A DNA stretch of 64,000 nt from Phoronis australis (GCA_002633005.1 NMRA01000270.1:490969-554968), one strand, 5' to 3'. Positions 38,031 to 52,457 are shown, numbered from the stretch's first letter. Notes: a model not told the origin generated them from the letters alone. A program made the numbers and translations.

Positions 38031-41000
38031 AATCCTGGCAGAAATTTCGAACAGTCACTTACACAGGGGTAATGCATTTTGAGAACCAGTTGGAGAAGAC
38101 TGGTTGTCACAATATGGGACCCCCATTACTAGCTACAATGGCTCCCACAAGGAGGCTTGACAAGGTGACAATCATGGTACACAGAGGCATGCACAAGACT
38201 CAGCAGGCGGAAGGATTGTTACACACTCCTCAAGCTCCCCTAAGGGCAGACACCCTTCTGAGGGGATTGTATTTTGTTCATGGCGTGATGTAAAATTCGA
38301 GTGAAGTCTCTGTAAATCATTTGCCAATTGATCATTCAGTTTGGATACTCAACTTGCCCAATTTCAAGTACTGGCATGCATCGAAAGTATGGATTTTTCT
38401 GCACAATGGCATACAACTAAGATGAGGACTTCCTAAAATGACTTCTGAGTTGGTGGTGCACTTACGCAATGTCCGAAATATAGGGGTCTGCTTGCACCAG
38501 CTTCTAACTTATAAAAGAAAGATCAAGGAAGTTGTATGCACATGAAGCTACACGGCTGATCTGTTACAAGTGTGTCCTGCTTCCTCTTGGCGTGGTTGGC
38601 AGGCAGGTGATTTCCCCATACCACTCAATATCTTTCTGTTTGATCTCGAGCAAATGGATTGTAATGGAGTTGGCATAATGAGGGATTATTTGTAAAGGGC
38701 TCAGATTTTGTTTGGCATCCTGGTAAAAGTCCCAGGTCGCTACGGAGGCACTATGCCACATCCGAACGTGCACTCAAAATGCCACAGGAATTAAACAGAT
38801 GGAGGCCAGAATGGTTTGGTAAAATCAGAAGAGCCCGTTCGTGATTGTCTACCTCAGGTAGGCTTGTGTGCGGTATTTTGGGTCTGTGTTCAGTCATCCT
38901 AGTACCTGGCTACACCTCTTTGGGCAACATGAAAACATAAGATAAATGATGATCTGATGGCTGTCAGCACCACTGCTTCACATCAAGATGAGTGTTGTGA
39001 ATTTATGTTGCGTACAGTTGATTTAAGGCTTTTCTAAATCGCTTGCAATTGCTCTGATCAGCTTGTAAGCTTGGCTTGCATGCCGGCAGCCTAGATTTGA
39101 CCCTGGCAGTGGATGTGAATTGCTAGTGGAGACTGGTGGAGAGCTGAAGCCAGCTAAACAAACAATGGTTTAGAGTCAAGAGAGAGAAAGAATTAGTAGA
39201 TGCCAGTTATCTGTCTTGCATCCAGTCACAGGTCATTATATGAGACTGTTACCCTAATCTTCACATTCCATCAACCAAGCAATGAAGCTACTCTGTTCAA
39301 ATTTCAGTGCGTTTTTGCTACATCTTGCAATATTTATAATGACAGGTGTAAATTTTAAAGTCCATGCACATCCCTCAGGTGCCCAAAAGCAGATTTAGTT
39401 CTTTACATCTCCCACCTGTTATGGTGTAGTTATTGAAAAACTAGCATTTGTCACCAGGTGAAAAATGCTGGTATTTTGAATTGTGTTTCTTTGTTTTCGA
39501 CTGATGCCAATCTTCCTACTTTACTTGAAGATTGCACATTTTACTTGAAGATTGCACATTTTACTTGAAACTTGCACGTTTTCCAGTCCTGTTAGGACTG
39601 TAGCTACATGGTTTTCTTAATGTGATCTCTTATAAACAAAAAGAAGTTATGAGGCCACGACTGAAATGTGACGTCCGTTTTACCTCGCTGCTCCTGTTGT
39701 GAACTATCTGATTGCTAGAACACTTGTACAGAAGAAAGTTGCATAACAAAGCTTCGATGTTTGTTGGCATTTTTTGTGGTCGTACAATGAATAATACCAG
39801 TGCAAAATACCACAGCAGTGTTAACCCGGAATTTTACAGCTCTCACTTCTACCGTCCACCTATGTAGTTATTGCTCTCTGTTGCAGTCCTAGTCAGTATT
39901 CAGATTACATCAGTAGTTATATAGCCTACCAGTCATTCGTCTACTGTTGCATTGGGAGTTGCTGTGCCACGACTATAAGAAAATTCACAAGCTAGACTGC
40001 CTGGTCATTTATCTGTTGGTATCATTCTTTGGTCTTCGTCACAACTCAGAAATGTCTGAGAAATGAGTAAATGATCATGAGTGATTGTGCTCAATCAGCA
40101 GTTAAATTAGCGGTGTTCCGATTTCTAGTTTTTTTTTGGACATTTTGCCTTAGAAAATTGTGCTCGGGTCCATCCTTTCAACATCTTGGATCCTGCTATC
40201 AGTGCATTGATTAGTGTGCCTGATGTGAACTTATATCTTCCCGCTGGTATTGACTTATCATAATCCTTGTCAACAGTGCAATTCTGTTCTTTGCCTTTGA
40301 TGTTTCCAATGGCAACCTAATTACAAATCTCTAATGTTACGTTACTGTAAAGTGATTCAATTGACGACAATTTTTTTTTTAGATCAGTCCCAAGATGACT
40401 TCTAACTCATAACCTCAATTTGCTAATGGAACTTAACTCCACCCGACAAAAAGTAGTCGTATTTTAAGCATGTTTAGAAGATGAACTAGCCTTAATTTCT
40501 GCTAATGACTGGGAGAAAACTGAAAATTACTGATAAATATTAAAATAACAAAAACAAGGGATATTATTGTTTCATAGCTCTATTCAAATCTAATAACTTC
40601 AAGAATTCTGTTAATTCAACTATAATCGTGAAAATACATTTTCTGTCGGTTTATGTCCATTTAAGGTGTAATGTATACATAATTCCTGTTCATCACGTGC
40701 CACTCTTATCAAGTGGTAGTGTTTTTGTTCACATTGTCCATTGTACTTCATTAAAGTTAAACTGCTGTTTACTTGTTTACAAGATCTGTTTAGGTGGGAG
40801 TTAAGAATTTTATTGGTGCTTGTGAACTGTAAAATTGATTCTTTGGTTTTTGGAGTAGGTATTCGCTGAAATGCATTAGCTTTGATGTATTTTGAATACT
40901 GGCACTGGGCTAAAATTTTTGGGCCAAAGGAAAGTATGTACCTGTTGGTCTCCAATCTACTCACCCTGAAGAATGGTTTTTGACTGAGTTGTAGATGTCT

Positions 41001-41921
41001 GTTTATTCGATTTGCAACGTGGGAAGCTAGGGTTAATATTTGACCTTAAAGTAAAGAGCAACTTGTGCCCTGTAACCAAACTAAGGATGGTGTGAGTCAA
41101 TGGATAATTTCTGTTTTTTGAGAAGAAACCCTTGTGCGTGCTCTTTGTTTCCCAGTAGAATTTTGTTAATGCAGTTCTGTACACACAAGCTTTGACCGTT
41201 TGCGTCTCTGTTCTGCAATATGGTTAATTGAGGTGAACAGGACTAAAGTTGAACCCCCTTTTCACTCTTCCTGTGTGACAACCCTCAAGAGAGTCACATA
41301 TTACCAGACTACATGGACAAGGTTTATAACATACATGTCTAGTTACTGTCAGTTATTCAATATATATTGTTTGCATTCACTATAAACGAATGATATTTGA
41401 AACAGGAAAACATCACTTAAGTCATTCTTTTCGTGTACAGTTACATGACACCAAGCCTGCTTGATCTTCCACAGTTGTACTGTGAAGTTATTAGTGAGAA
41501 TGAGTTTGATGTCTTCATGGCTATGGTGTTGGCCCCAAGCCAATTTGATCTTCCATATTTCAGTAATATTTCATGATGTTCAGACAAAAATAATTGCCTA
41601 AGTTGATCTTTTTTATTTTTTTGGGGCATTTAGCGTAGTTGTGAATACCCGCAATTTCTCACAACATTGCTTCTTATTGCCATGGCGTAGAGCTTGTAAA
41701 CATTGTGAAAACAACAATGATAAAGTATTTATTTGGGTGTTACTAATCCTTAATGTAAATCATGGATAAAATATATTTTCCCTTGTTCTTACTATTATTC
41801 TTTAGTGAATTTCTGTTTGATGTCTTCATGTGGCCATGTCTGTTGCGTGATCCCAAACCAGTTTGATTTTCTATATAGTGGTTGTATAGTGGGTGGTTGT
41901 GGGTGAAGATTGTTGCATGAC

Positions 41922-43275
41922 CCAACAACATCTTGATAGTTTGCCTTAAAGGAAGTTTACCTCACGTCATTGCTTCCTGCACACGCGGAAGGAAAGTGCT
42001 CACTGATCTGTAAATTACGTTCATAGTACACACCATCAATTTTGTACTCACAGATGCAGTGAGCCAGCTAGAGAAATTTGTTTTTGTCAGGTGATGCAAT
42101 TATCAATTTTGATTGGCCGCTGAAGGTAATTGGATCACTCATATACTGTGAGGATTTATGTTTGCCTCGACAACTTTTTAAAAAATCTTTTTTGTTTGGA
42201 TCGTTAGATTCTCGGTCTAAGGCTTGCAATTGTGGTTGTAAAATTTAATTCTGTGGTTCGGTTAAAAAATGAAGTTTGTAATCTCACTGCCACTTGCTTT
42301 TACTTAATTTGTGTTCTCTGACGTGTTTTTTTTTGATCTTTAGATGTATGAGATATTGATGTAAACATGCTTGCATTGTGGGGGGGGGGGGAATTGATGA
42401 AAGTTACCCAAATCTTTGGAAATTGATAAGTTCGATGTAACTAGAAATTAATGTATGGCTGTGTGTTGTTCATGCTCATTGTAAGGGTAACGATGATACA
42501 TTTACAAGGTGTTGGAATGAGCCGTTTAGAAGTGACAGTGCTTGACCTACAGCACAGAACAGACATGAGGATGGCTATTTTCTNCCAACAACATCTTGAT
42601 AGTTTGCCTTAAAGGAAGTTTACCTCACGTCATTGCTTCCTGCACACGCGGAAGGAAAGTGCTCACTGATCTGTAAATTACGTTCATAGTACACACCGTC
42701 AATTTTGTACTCACAGATGCAGTGAGCCAGCTAGAGAAATTTGTTTTTGTCAGGTGATGCAATTATCAATTTTGATTGGCCGCTGAAGGTAATTGGATCA
42801 CTCATATACTTTGAGGATTTATGTTTGCCATGTAAAAGAAACGGAAAGTGAGACATTTGCCTCGACAACTTTTTAAAAAATCTTTTTTGTTTGGATCGTT
42901 AGATTCTCGGTCTAAGGCTTGCAATTGTGGTTGTAAAATTTAATTCTGTGGTTCGGTTAAAAAATGAAGTTTGTAATCTCACTGCCACTTGCTTTTACTT
43001 AATTTCATGTTCTCTGACGTGTTGGTTTATGATCTTTAGATGTACGAGACATTGATGTAACTATGTTTGCATTGCGGTGGGGAAAAATTGATGAAAGTTA
43101 CCCAAATCTTTGGAAATTGATAAGTTTGATGTAACTAGAAATTAATGTATGGTTGTGTGTTGTTCATGCTCATTGTAAGGGTAACGATGATACATTTACA
43201 AGGTGTTGGAATGAGCCGTTTAGAAGTGACAGTGCTTGACCTACAGCACAGAACAGGCATGAGGATGGCTATTTT
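41922..43275. repeat. About 660-bp direct duplication across a single-N contig join (probable haplotype overlap artefact)
   Basis: 41922-42583 is repeated at 42585-43275 with scattered SNPs and one 32-nt indel. The n at 42584 is exactly at the junction. Confidence 0.9.
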
Positions 43276-43814
43276 CAATACATTGTTGAGAAGTTGCATC
43301 TATTTTCAAAATGCTATGAAGAAGTTGGCAAAATGTCAGCTCTGAGCATTAGCTGACAGCTCAGTTGGAGTGTGTAATTACTGTTTGGTGCTTCCTGGCC
43401 GGTGATGTGTCTGTTACCTTCAGAATGAGAAAGATGACCGGGCAAACGTTCAAAACTAGTTCAGAAGGAGAGAAGTTTAAATGTTCCTATGCTACTTACT
43501 TTGTTTTTAAAGATAATAAAATAAAACCTCCGGGATGAACATCACCCGTGGATAACATAGGGCTATGTTAATGAGAGTGGTTATGGCTTCAGTGTTCTGC
43601 TGGTCTTGTTTATGTTTACAAGTGTTATGTGGTATGTGAATATGCAAATAAGCTTCTGTTTACAATCTTCTAAAACCTGATTTATGTGGAGGTTAGTGAC
43701 TCCTAATTAAAGGTATGGATAATATCAAACAGGATGTGACATGGAAGTCTTTAAGTTTGTGTCCAGTCTTATGCAGAGAGTAGATACCTGATACCTCCAT
43801 GGCTCATATGTGGT

Positions 43815-43915
43815 CACATCATGTGGCCTAGTAATACCCCACAAGCGTGGAAAAATTTCTGTCCCTACGAGCTAGGGCTCGAACCCAGTACCTTCTGCAC
43901 TTTGTGCAGACGCTT
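43815..43915 (-). mobile_element. tRNA-derived SINE fragment
   Basis: Reverse strand reads gcgtctgcacaaagtgcagaaggtactgGGTTCGAGCCCtag (B box preceded by an anticodon-arm-like hairpin). Confidence 0.5.
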
Positions 43916-44717
43916 ATAGTTTAGTGGAATGTGCGACTCTGGAGGGTGCTTTATGAATACTGAGTGACGAGGGCGGTGATTATGATTCATATTATGAATT
44001 TCTCTAGAGTCTTTTGAGACGTTATGGATCATTGTCTGAATGATTTAAATGTCCCTTTGCACAAGAGTGGTAATTTGATGGGAAGATGATTGCAAAGAGT
44101 TTTTAAAGCCCTACAATAATAAATCTTCCAGACATGCATGACTTCGAGACATTGTTGAACATACCAAATATTCTATTGCTGTCACGTGACACAATTTAGC
44201 AAATGGCTGTTGCCTTGTTTTGGCTCAATGTTGCAAATGTCTGTTTACCAATTTGCAGACTCAAAAATGTGAAAATGTACGTAAAAGTACTTTGTCAATG
44301 TTTTTAGCCATAGGTGGCTTGTTTATCAACCTAAAGCTGTGCGTTTGCAAAATCGACTTGAAAAAGTTATGACCCTATACTTGAACCATACAACATAGTA
44401 AAAGCCTGAGCACAAGAGTCTGTTCACATGACCTTGAAAACAAGGAGGAATAATTGAACATATCCTTAAATGTGTCCATTAAAAGCAAAGTAAGGTGTGG
44501 AGTGAAGTCTCTGCTAGCTTCTATGGCTAACTGTCACCTGTAGCGAAGTGCACCCTATTGGATTGAAGTGCTTGTGAATTCCTGATTTGGACGCGTGCCT
44601 GATGTATTTTTTTGTCAAAGTTTGTACTAATTCTGTGGCTATTAACCAATTGCGAATGTATTGTACTATTTCAGGACATTTCGCTGAAGATGGTTGTGAC
44701 CAGGTGAAAATTGCAGT

Positions 44718-44730
44718 ATGACTGCTCGAG
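44718..44730 (+). CDS. USP6NL: USP6NL/RN-tre probable first coding exon (MTAR-E). The exon starts at 44675.
   Basis: tttcag| at 44674, ATGACTGCTCGAG|gtaagg. Phase 1 matches the next exon. Confidence 0.65.
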
Positions 44731-45845
44731 GTAAGGCCATAACAGCTGCAGCTGAGAGTTAACTAGACAACAATTTTATTGGATTTAAAATTAGTGATAA
44801 AGGAAGATATGATAGTTTACGATTCTATGTACAATCAGTTCTCTCCATCTGCAAGGTCATCAGTGTTACTACATTAGCGCTATACTCCTGTTTGTTCAAG
44901 AAAGGACCGCGTGTAATTTAAAGGTGTAATCAGGAACATGACTGTTCGTTATCGTGTTAACCTTTCCCACTAACTGAATCCTTGGTAAAAGCGAAGTTTT
45001 GCTTCTAATGGGAAAGGGACTTTAATGTAGCCTACTCTTGCTGACTATACATTTTTACATTTTAGAATAGTTTGTGTGTCTGTGGACACCTTCTAGATGT
45101 GATGTTCTTTTGTTGAAGTTCTCCGTTCTGCTGACCAATGTAATGCAGTAGGGCCCTTGTTTGTCCAAGGGAAAAGGTGCCTGTGCCTTTTGAGAGGGCA
45201 ATTTTTTGGGTGAGGGGAAAATTCTACCTCCCAATCACCGTCAGTAAAACCCTCCACCCTGTTGCAAGCCCTCATAGGCTCTGCCTTAAGTAGCCAAAAT
45301 AAATACTTTGTGCCCTTTCAAATTGTCACCTGCGTGGGTTACAAGGGATTCCACCTGTAGGAGAATTTTTCAATCACTGGAGGGGAATTTTTGGGTCTCA
45401 TGAGGAGAATTTCTGGTGATTTTTCAATATTTTTCAGAGGGGAATATGGCCGATAGTTGGCCCCATAACTGAGGGATTGAGGGCCCTGTATAGCAACCGT
45501 TTCCAGCATCATTTTGTATCATCACACTAGATCTACTTTAGAAACTGGGCTCAATTTGTGTCAACTCGTACTTTGTACAAGAACACTGAGCTAAATTTCT
45601 TTTGTGTTGAATAGAGCAATTACCATATTGGTAACTACTTCACTGCAAAATAGAACACTGGCAAAGTCCTTGAGGTGTGGTGGGTAATTGATGCGTTCAT
45701 CTTGATGCTAAACAAAAGGATGCTGGAATGCTTAACAATGAACTAAATCGATAAATCTGGATTGGGTAACTGCTGTCCTCGGGTAAATGAGAAATATTAG
45801 TAAAGTGTTTCTAGTTTGTAATAGGTGATTTACCTGTTCTTGCAG

Positions 45846-45910
45846 AGGACTATGAGCTCCTGTTACAAGCCAATCGGGAACGTGCCGAGATCGTCGCCAA
45901 ATATGACAGG
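45846..45910 (+). CDS. USP6NL: USP6NL exon (EDYELLLQANRERAEIVAKYDR)
   Basis: ERAEIVAKYDR is the USP6NL/RN-tre N-terminal motif. ttgcag|...|gtaagt, 65 nt. Confidence 0.93.
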
Positions 45911-46904
45911 GTAAGTGTCTCAAGGTCTCTGGCTGGCGTCCATTAGATATGACTAATGTGCTAGTATTTTATTTATTGTCAGATTTTCCTCATACTGATA
46001 TGTTGTGCATTATAATTATGAAATTGTCCCCTGAGTCTAGCACAACACACAGACAGTTGATTATGTTTCAACACTGAGTTATCGTTACTAAGTCCCGTTT
46101 TTGCTCTTCAGTAACATTTCTTACAAACCGGTAGTTTCTTATTTCAACATGAAAACGCAGAACAGCAAGATGAGATCCAATCTCAATGCTGTTTTTCTGA
46201 CGAGATTCAGGCTTATGCAACAATACCGACGGCTTAGAAAAAATCTTTTTTCATGAACAAAACTGTGCATGCAGGCCAATTATTCATGTTCAAGTGCAGT
46301 CTCACTTATGTATCAGCCTGTTTACGCCCGTGTCATATTCTGCTTAATCGAGAACACTTATATTGTCATATTACATGCAAACTCTTAATACAGCTCTCAT
46401 TTCTTTATCTTATCTGGTCAGTGCATGTCATTCTCCACACAGTTGCCTGGGTAGACTGTTAGTTCAGCCTCCTAATGGGATGGCTGATCTGATCCTAATT
46501 TACTTGGTGAAAGCTTTTAAGTAGAGTGCTGCTGCTCAGCCGCATAGCTAAAATGATGGCGTTGCGACTTTTCCACTGGTTACTAACTGAAAAACTTGAT
46601 GTTTTAGTAAATAGTAGGAAATAATGAAATGGTGACATTATGTTGACTTCACAAGTACTGCTATGGGGGAGATAACTCGGTTTATGAGTGATTGTTTTAC
46701 TGTAAAGTATCGCCAATTTTGTAAAAACTAATGGTCAAAATTGATTTTTTTTTCATTTTTCAAAATCTTCAGACATTTGTCACGTTGTCCTGAAAGCTGC
46801 AGTGACTTATATAAGGCGCAGTTGTAGTCATTACCATGGGCCTCACATGGATACATTGTCCTCAGAGCTGTAATGACCTGTGTTAGATGCAGTTGTGGTC
46901 ACGT

Positions 46905-47274
46905 CAGGGATACCATAGAATCATACACACGAGCACCTTATGCACTCATGACCTACGAACGTATGAATCATGAATACGAATGATAATCATGCATACGAAC
47001 CACAAAAATCACACATACAAACACATATCATCGTATGAGCGTCTGAATCATATGCACGAACCACCACACGACAAAGTGTTTGTGCGTGTGATTCAACGCT
47101 CGTGTGTATGATTTCGCGTTTGTGTGATTTTTGAGGTTCGTGTGCACGATTTTTGTTCATATGCGTGTTTTTTGGATCCCTATGCATGATTTATGGGTTC
47201 CTATGAATGATTCATAGGTTTGTATGTGGTTCGTGCGTAAGATGCGATGATTTTAAGATTCTGTAGTACCCCTG
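46905..47274. mobile_element. 370-bp foldback MITE-like element
   Basis: TIRs cagggataccatagaatc and gattctgtagtacccctg. Short internal motifs (acgaac/aatca) on the left are mirrored (gttcgt/tgatt) on the right. Confidence 0.7.
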
Positions 47275-47276
47275 TA

Positions 47277-47700
47277 AATTGTATTGTATTGTATTTATTT
47301 ATTATTGTGACAAGTACAATTAATTCAAACAGTTATAGGTATAACATTCATAAGAAAAATAAGTTCCCGGCCCAGTTGGGCTTATTAGTCATTTCAACCA
47401 CACAACTCAGATGTAGGCCTACCATAAATGCCACGGTTTCTAAGTTCAAAAGCAGACTCGATATGTTTGGCAAATTGCTTAGGGAAATACTGAAACAGAA
47501 GTTTTAATGTATCTAATCTTCTGAAATCTGCAAAGTTCGGGACTTGAAGTGATACATTATTAAATAGAATAGACCTCCGTGAGTTATAAACAGAACAATC
47601 AAACACAAAGTGTAGCTCATCCTCCACAGAACCAGAATCACAACACAGGCAAAGTCTCTCACCCACAGAAGTGTTTACATAAGGACCAGTTTCCATGTGC
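47277..47700 (-). mobile_element. 5'-truncated non-LTR retrotransposon (LINE) 3' end
   Basis: ORF remnant METGPY...ERLCLCCDSGSVEDELHFVFDCSVYNSRR is the C-terminal CCHC finger typical of LINE ORF2 (CR1/L2 or RTEX groups). The tail is aataaataaata(caata)n. Confidence 0.85.
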
Positions 47701-50700
47701 ACTGACTGTTGGTCCACTTTGACCTATTGGTGGTTTACACCTGATGTGACTTCAACATGCAATCATGTTCACTGTCAAGAAGGGCTATAATTATGACACC
47801 ACTGTCAAGATTAGACTGGTGACAGCTGATTCCTTTTAGGGGCTTTTCTATTATCACAGTATACCACACAGTATACCATATTACCAGTGTTCTCCACAAC
47901 AGAGCTCAATGGTATTTACAATCATCCTGATTACGTTCCGATGTACATGTCTATGGTGTGAGGGGTTTGTGTGTAGAACCTCGGAATCAGAATGTTGAAC
48001 TGGTGCCAAAATGTCCCGAAGAAATGACTCGTTTCCCTTGCATTATTTTTCGAACGCTACACAGGTGAGCCAAAATCATGGCAAAATTCAAACTCAGTAA
48101 GATCCAAAGTATTGGAAAACACCGAAGTTTTTGGCTTGCTACAGCAGCAGATGGTGTCGAATGTCATCACCATTTAGTTATATATGAGGATTCTGCAGTA
48201 CACTGTGTGTAATAATTTATTAAAGCTGCCAGTCAGATGTTACTTGCTCCATCTTGTGTGCGTTCATTTGACTGACAATTTCCAGACACTGCTTTCAACA
48301 CAAAAATGAGGAGCTTATAGTCTTCTACAGCAATTCATTTTTCAAACCCTGAAATAGCTTCTAATAGCTGATTTTCAAAATAGCTACGTCATATTGAAAT
48401 TCACTATGCCACCAGATGGCGATCAGGTTTTTTAATAAGAACGAAATGTTGGTTCATCCCAAGCCCAAAACCACTTATAATTTGAGATCAGAACAAGTTA
48501 CCAGTTTTGTGAGTATCTATGTTGACAGCAAGTGGCCTAAATGTTATGGAAATAGGTTTATGACTGGGGTTAAATGATGTTGAAAAGCTTGGTGGAGTGT
48601 ATTGTGCTATGCGTTTTGCCATGATTTATTCCCTCCGACCTCGCTGTGACCTCAACCTGATCTGGATGTTATAATGCAGGTGGATGGGAGTGCCCTAGTG
48701 ACCTTTCTCAGGCCAAGGGTCAATGTCACTAGTCATTGTTCAACTAGCAATCTTGTCAGGTTGTGTATGGATTGTACTCTATTGAACATCTTGTAATTAT
48801 AAGGTGTTTTGTTGAGTGATTTGAGGGTATAAATTTGATGAAAATGCTTGGCTTAAAATGGGACATTGTGTTGGAATTAGCAGGGTGAAATTTGTAACGT
48901 TTCAACAATGTACAAGTATTTACTCTAATATTTTACTGATAACAATAAGTGGGAACTCCTTTGCATCAGCTTGTTTCTTAATCATCAATATATTTATGTC
49001 CTGCATTGTACATTTACACTACATGGTACAGTAGAATGTTACAAAATCAGCCTTTACAAACTGACGTCTGTTCGAAAACAACTGTTCTAAAACGATTTCT
49101 GATGAGTGCAGCTACGATGCCATGTACTAGACTTGCGAGCTAGTGCAAGTAAACTTAGGTTTATTTAGGAGCCTTGAAAAATTGCCAAAATTGGCTTACT
49201 TTGTAAGATCATGTCTCAGAAATTGCTTATTGGAGTCCTATGAAACTTTCAGACTTCATGCATAATGCACTGTTTTAAGATATGTTTTTAAGGACCCATT
49301 GCTGGCAGTTGTTGAATATAATGATTGCCTCGTGTGCCAGGTTTCACCTGTTCAAATATGACTTGAAGACCTTTGTATCTCGAAGGGATATACTAGTTGA
49401 AACTCTTGAACTTATGTACCAATGTCATATGTAACATGTTATAATGTTGTCCTCTATTTGTTATCAAGCCTTTTTGAACACAGTTTTGTACCTCATCCAA
49501 AATCAGTTCCCAGTACATGAGTTCAGGAACGATTCCTGAGTGACGGCCATGCTGTTCTTGAAAATGTATTGATACCACCGAGCTAAAACCATTGTTATTT
49601 TGTTTCATTGGTTGTTTTTGATTCACATTTGGTTGTTATTTGGTTGCTTGTTGTTCAAATGTTTGGCCATTTGTTTGCATGTGAAGCTTAGAATTAAATA
49701 TAATTACAAGTTGAAATGGTGAATACGTCACACTTCCTACAGCCAACATGGAGTGCCCTATCTCATTGTGAAGGCATGGCACATTTAAGTTAAAGGACCC
49801 ATCCTGCTAATGAATTAGAGGAGAAAACCTTTCCAGATTTGTAACTGTATTTTCTTCATGTCCTTAACATGAAACGATTCTTCACCGCCAACTGAGGCGT
49901 CTTTGTTTTCAGCGGTGGAAATTTTATTTTCAATATTTTTGTCAGTTGTTTGATTATCATCAATGTTTAGCACTTTTGTATAAATATGTAATAGCAGTTT
50001 TACTTAATTATCCTGAGAATGCTCAATGTTATGAAAATGTTTACCCCAGTCTAGTGCGACACTCATTTGAACCTCAACGTAGTCAAGTCTGACACAAAAT
50101 AAGACTTGAAAGGGTTTATACCTTAGTCTTCCTTTGCTGTAGGAAGCATGGAATCTCACTAAACTGTGACTTCTGTTGTCATTTCTATCTCACTATTGAA
50201 CTTACAGTTAAGAAATATTGAAACACGCCTTTATTTTCTCAGTCTACCGGATGGCCTTCAGTGTAGGTTGTTTACATTGTGAGGCTGGCCTATAATTCAC
50301 TTCCTTGATGGGCAGCCCTAACAGCTGTTGACTGACAGGTCTACAAGTGCATCATGGCCATCGCTGGTCAATGTTATCAGTCAGTGATTGGTGTGTGAGT
50401 CAGGCTTGTGTAACAGGATGGGTTCTGGGCATGGCCCTCAAGTCAGCAGCAGTCCGCTTGGCTGTCTGTGTGCATTTGCTGTGTCCCCTTCAGACTAGAC
50501 CCAGCGGCCTGGTCTAATCTGTCACTAAAAATTGTTTTTGGTATTTTATATTCTACTTTGTGCAAACTCAAGTGTCTTATTCCGTGCTCAAATACATAAT
50601 GGCTTACAGGAACAACTGTTAAATCATTTTTTTTTGCTCTTGGCGATTCCAGCATTCAGGCTAAAAGTTCGAATCAGAACTCAACTTTTCAAGTTTTTGC

Positions 50701-51170
50701 TTGAATTTGTGCCTCGAATCTAGGACTCATCCAATGCGAGCTTCGTTTGGTAACTCATTTGCAAACAGCGTAATGTACTCAAGCATAGATTAATAGACAC
50801 AAATCTTGAGTTTGTACAAAAGCAGAATTGAAATGCCAAAACTAATTTTGAGTAAAAAGACTGTGTTGTATACAGGAAGGAAGTAGAGTCAGGCTAAATT
50901 CAGTTGTGACTAATTTTGGGAAACTGTGGGTGGCCCAGAGACACATTAGGGTTGACTAAATAGCTATGTTAACTATTTGTTAATATCGTAAATTAGAAAA
51001 TAATAGTTGGTGTTATTGAATGTCTTTTCCTTGTTTTTTATGAGGTATGTCAAAATGTTTATTGAATGTTCATGTTTGAAGTGCATTCCTTTCTGGCTTT
51101 TTATAAACTCAAATATCATATTAACATTATTAGTAGTTCAAAAAAGTGAGCAGAAACTCCAAGCTGAAGG

Positions 51171-52457
51171 TTTTTGTGCGCCCACATATTTGTGGACGCA
51201 TTATGCCGTCATATCCGTCCGGTGTCCGGCGTCCGCTGCTCTATCTCCAAAACCCTTTGACATACATTCATGAAATTTGGCACATATGTTCCATTCATGA
51301 ATGGGATGGCACGAGCGAACTTTCGGACAGATCCGACTACCGGTGTGCCCCCTAGTGGCAATTTTATTTGTTTACATTTACCTTTGTATCTTCAAACATC
51401 TTTAACGGATTTTCATGAAATTTAATATGTAGTCACCTATTAGTGGGTTGACGCTATCCTCCCATTTTCGGATGGATTCGACGTAGTTTACACCACCTAG
51501 TGGCCATTTTTACTGTTTTCGAGTTTTGCGTCCACCCCTCTATCAATCAAACCACTCAAAGGATGATTGTGAAAATTGGCATGTATGTGCTTACTATAAA
51601 GAGGACAGTTGATGATGATTTTTCGACGATTTCGACTACTGTGGCACATCCTAGTGGCAGTTTTGTTTTTGTTGCACCTATGGCTGTATCTCCTAAACCG
51701 TTCGTAGGATCTTTACTTAATTTAGCAAGTGTATTCATATGATGTTGACTACGGATGACGACGACTTTCGGACAGATATGACTACTGCTGTGTCCCCTAT
51801 TGGCAATTTTAGTTTTTTACGTTTAACTCGTTATCTTCAAAGGTCCTCAACAGATTTTCATAAAATTTTTTGACTATTACTGTCAACCTCTTGTATATCA
51901 GGTTCAAAACTAGCGCAGCATCTATTGGTGTATTGACGCTATCTTCCTGTTTTTGGATGTAATCGAGGTATTTTGCACCACCTAGTGGCCATTTTTTTGC
52001 TGTTCTCAAATCTTGTTTTTGGTGTCCACCCCTGTATCAACCAAATCATTTGAAAATTGGCATATATGTTCTCAGTGTGAAGACTACCTTTGATGATGGT
52101 GACTGACTACTGTGGCGCCTCCTAGTGGTAGTTTTATTTTACGCCCATAGTTGTATCTCCTAAACCCACTGCAGGATCTTTACTAAATTTAATATAGTAA
52201 GTGTATTTGCATGAAGATAACAACAGACAACAACTTTCAGGCACTGTACTAGTGGCAATTTCATTTTTCATTTTTTTCTGTTTTCCTTTGTTTCTCTGAA
52301 GTTCCTTATGAAATATGGCATGTTCCTGTTTTTCGGATGGATTGTTTGTTTTTGCGCATCTAGTGGTCATTTTTATGATACAAATAAATAACCCTAAAAG
52401 CACACCATTTGCAATGTATTCGTGGGTGCATTTCACCGCTCCGCGCGTTGCTCTTAT
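51171..52457 (+). mobile_element. Helentron-associated non-autonomous element (HINE/DINE-like) with an internal satellite-like array of about 150-bp monomers
   Basis: T-run start, short inverted pair tgcgcccac/gtggacgca, gtcc-type microsatellite, about 8 diverged monomers each ending in ctagtggc, 3' subterminal gtgggtgca followed by a GC-rich stem. Confidence 0.65.

Noticed and set aside
41922-43275. Apparent recent 660-bp tandem duplication
   Set aside because: The junction coincides with a single N and the copies differ like alleles. Most likely overlapping haplotype contig ends, not biology.
18700-44600. Numerous 60-125 aa ORFs
   Set aside because: No recognisable domains, many use non-ATG starts, and they are consistent with random ORFs in AT-rich intronic or intergenic DNA.
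44682-44716. Hammerhead-like ctgaaga-tggt-tgtg-acca near the USP6NL start
   Set aside because: Stem II is not followed directly by GAAA, and there is no stem I/III pairing.
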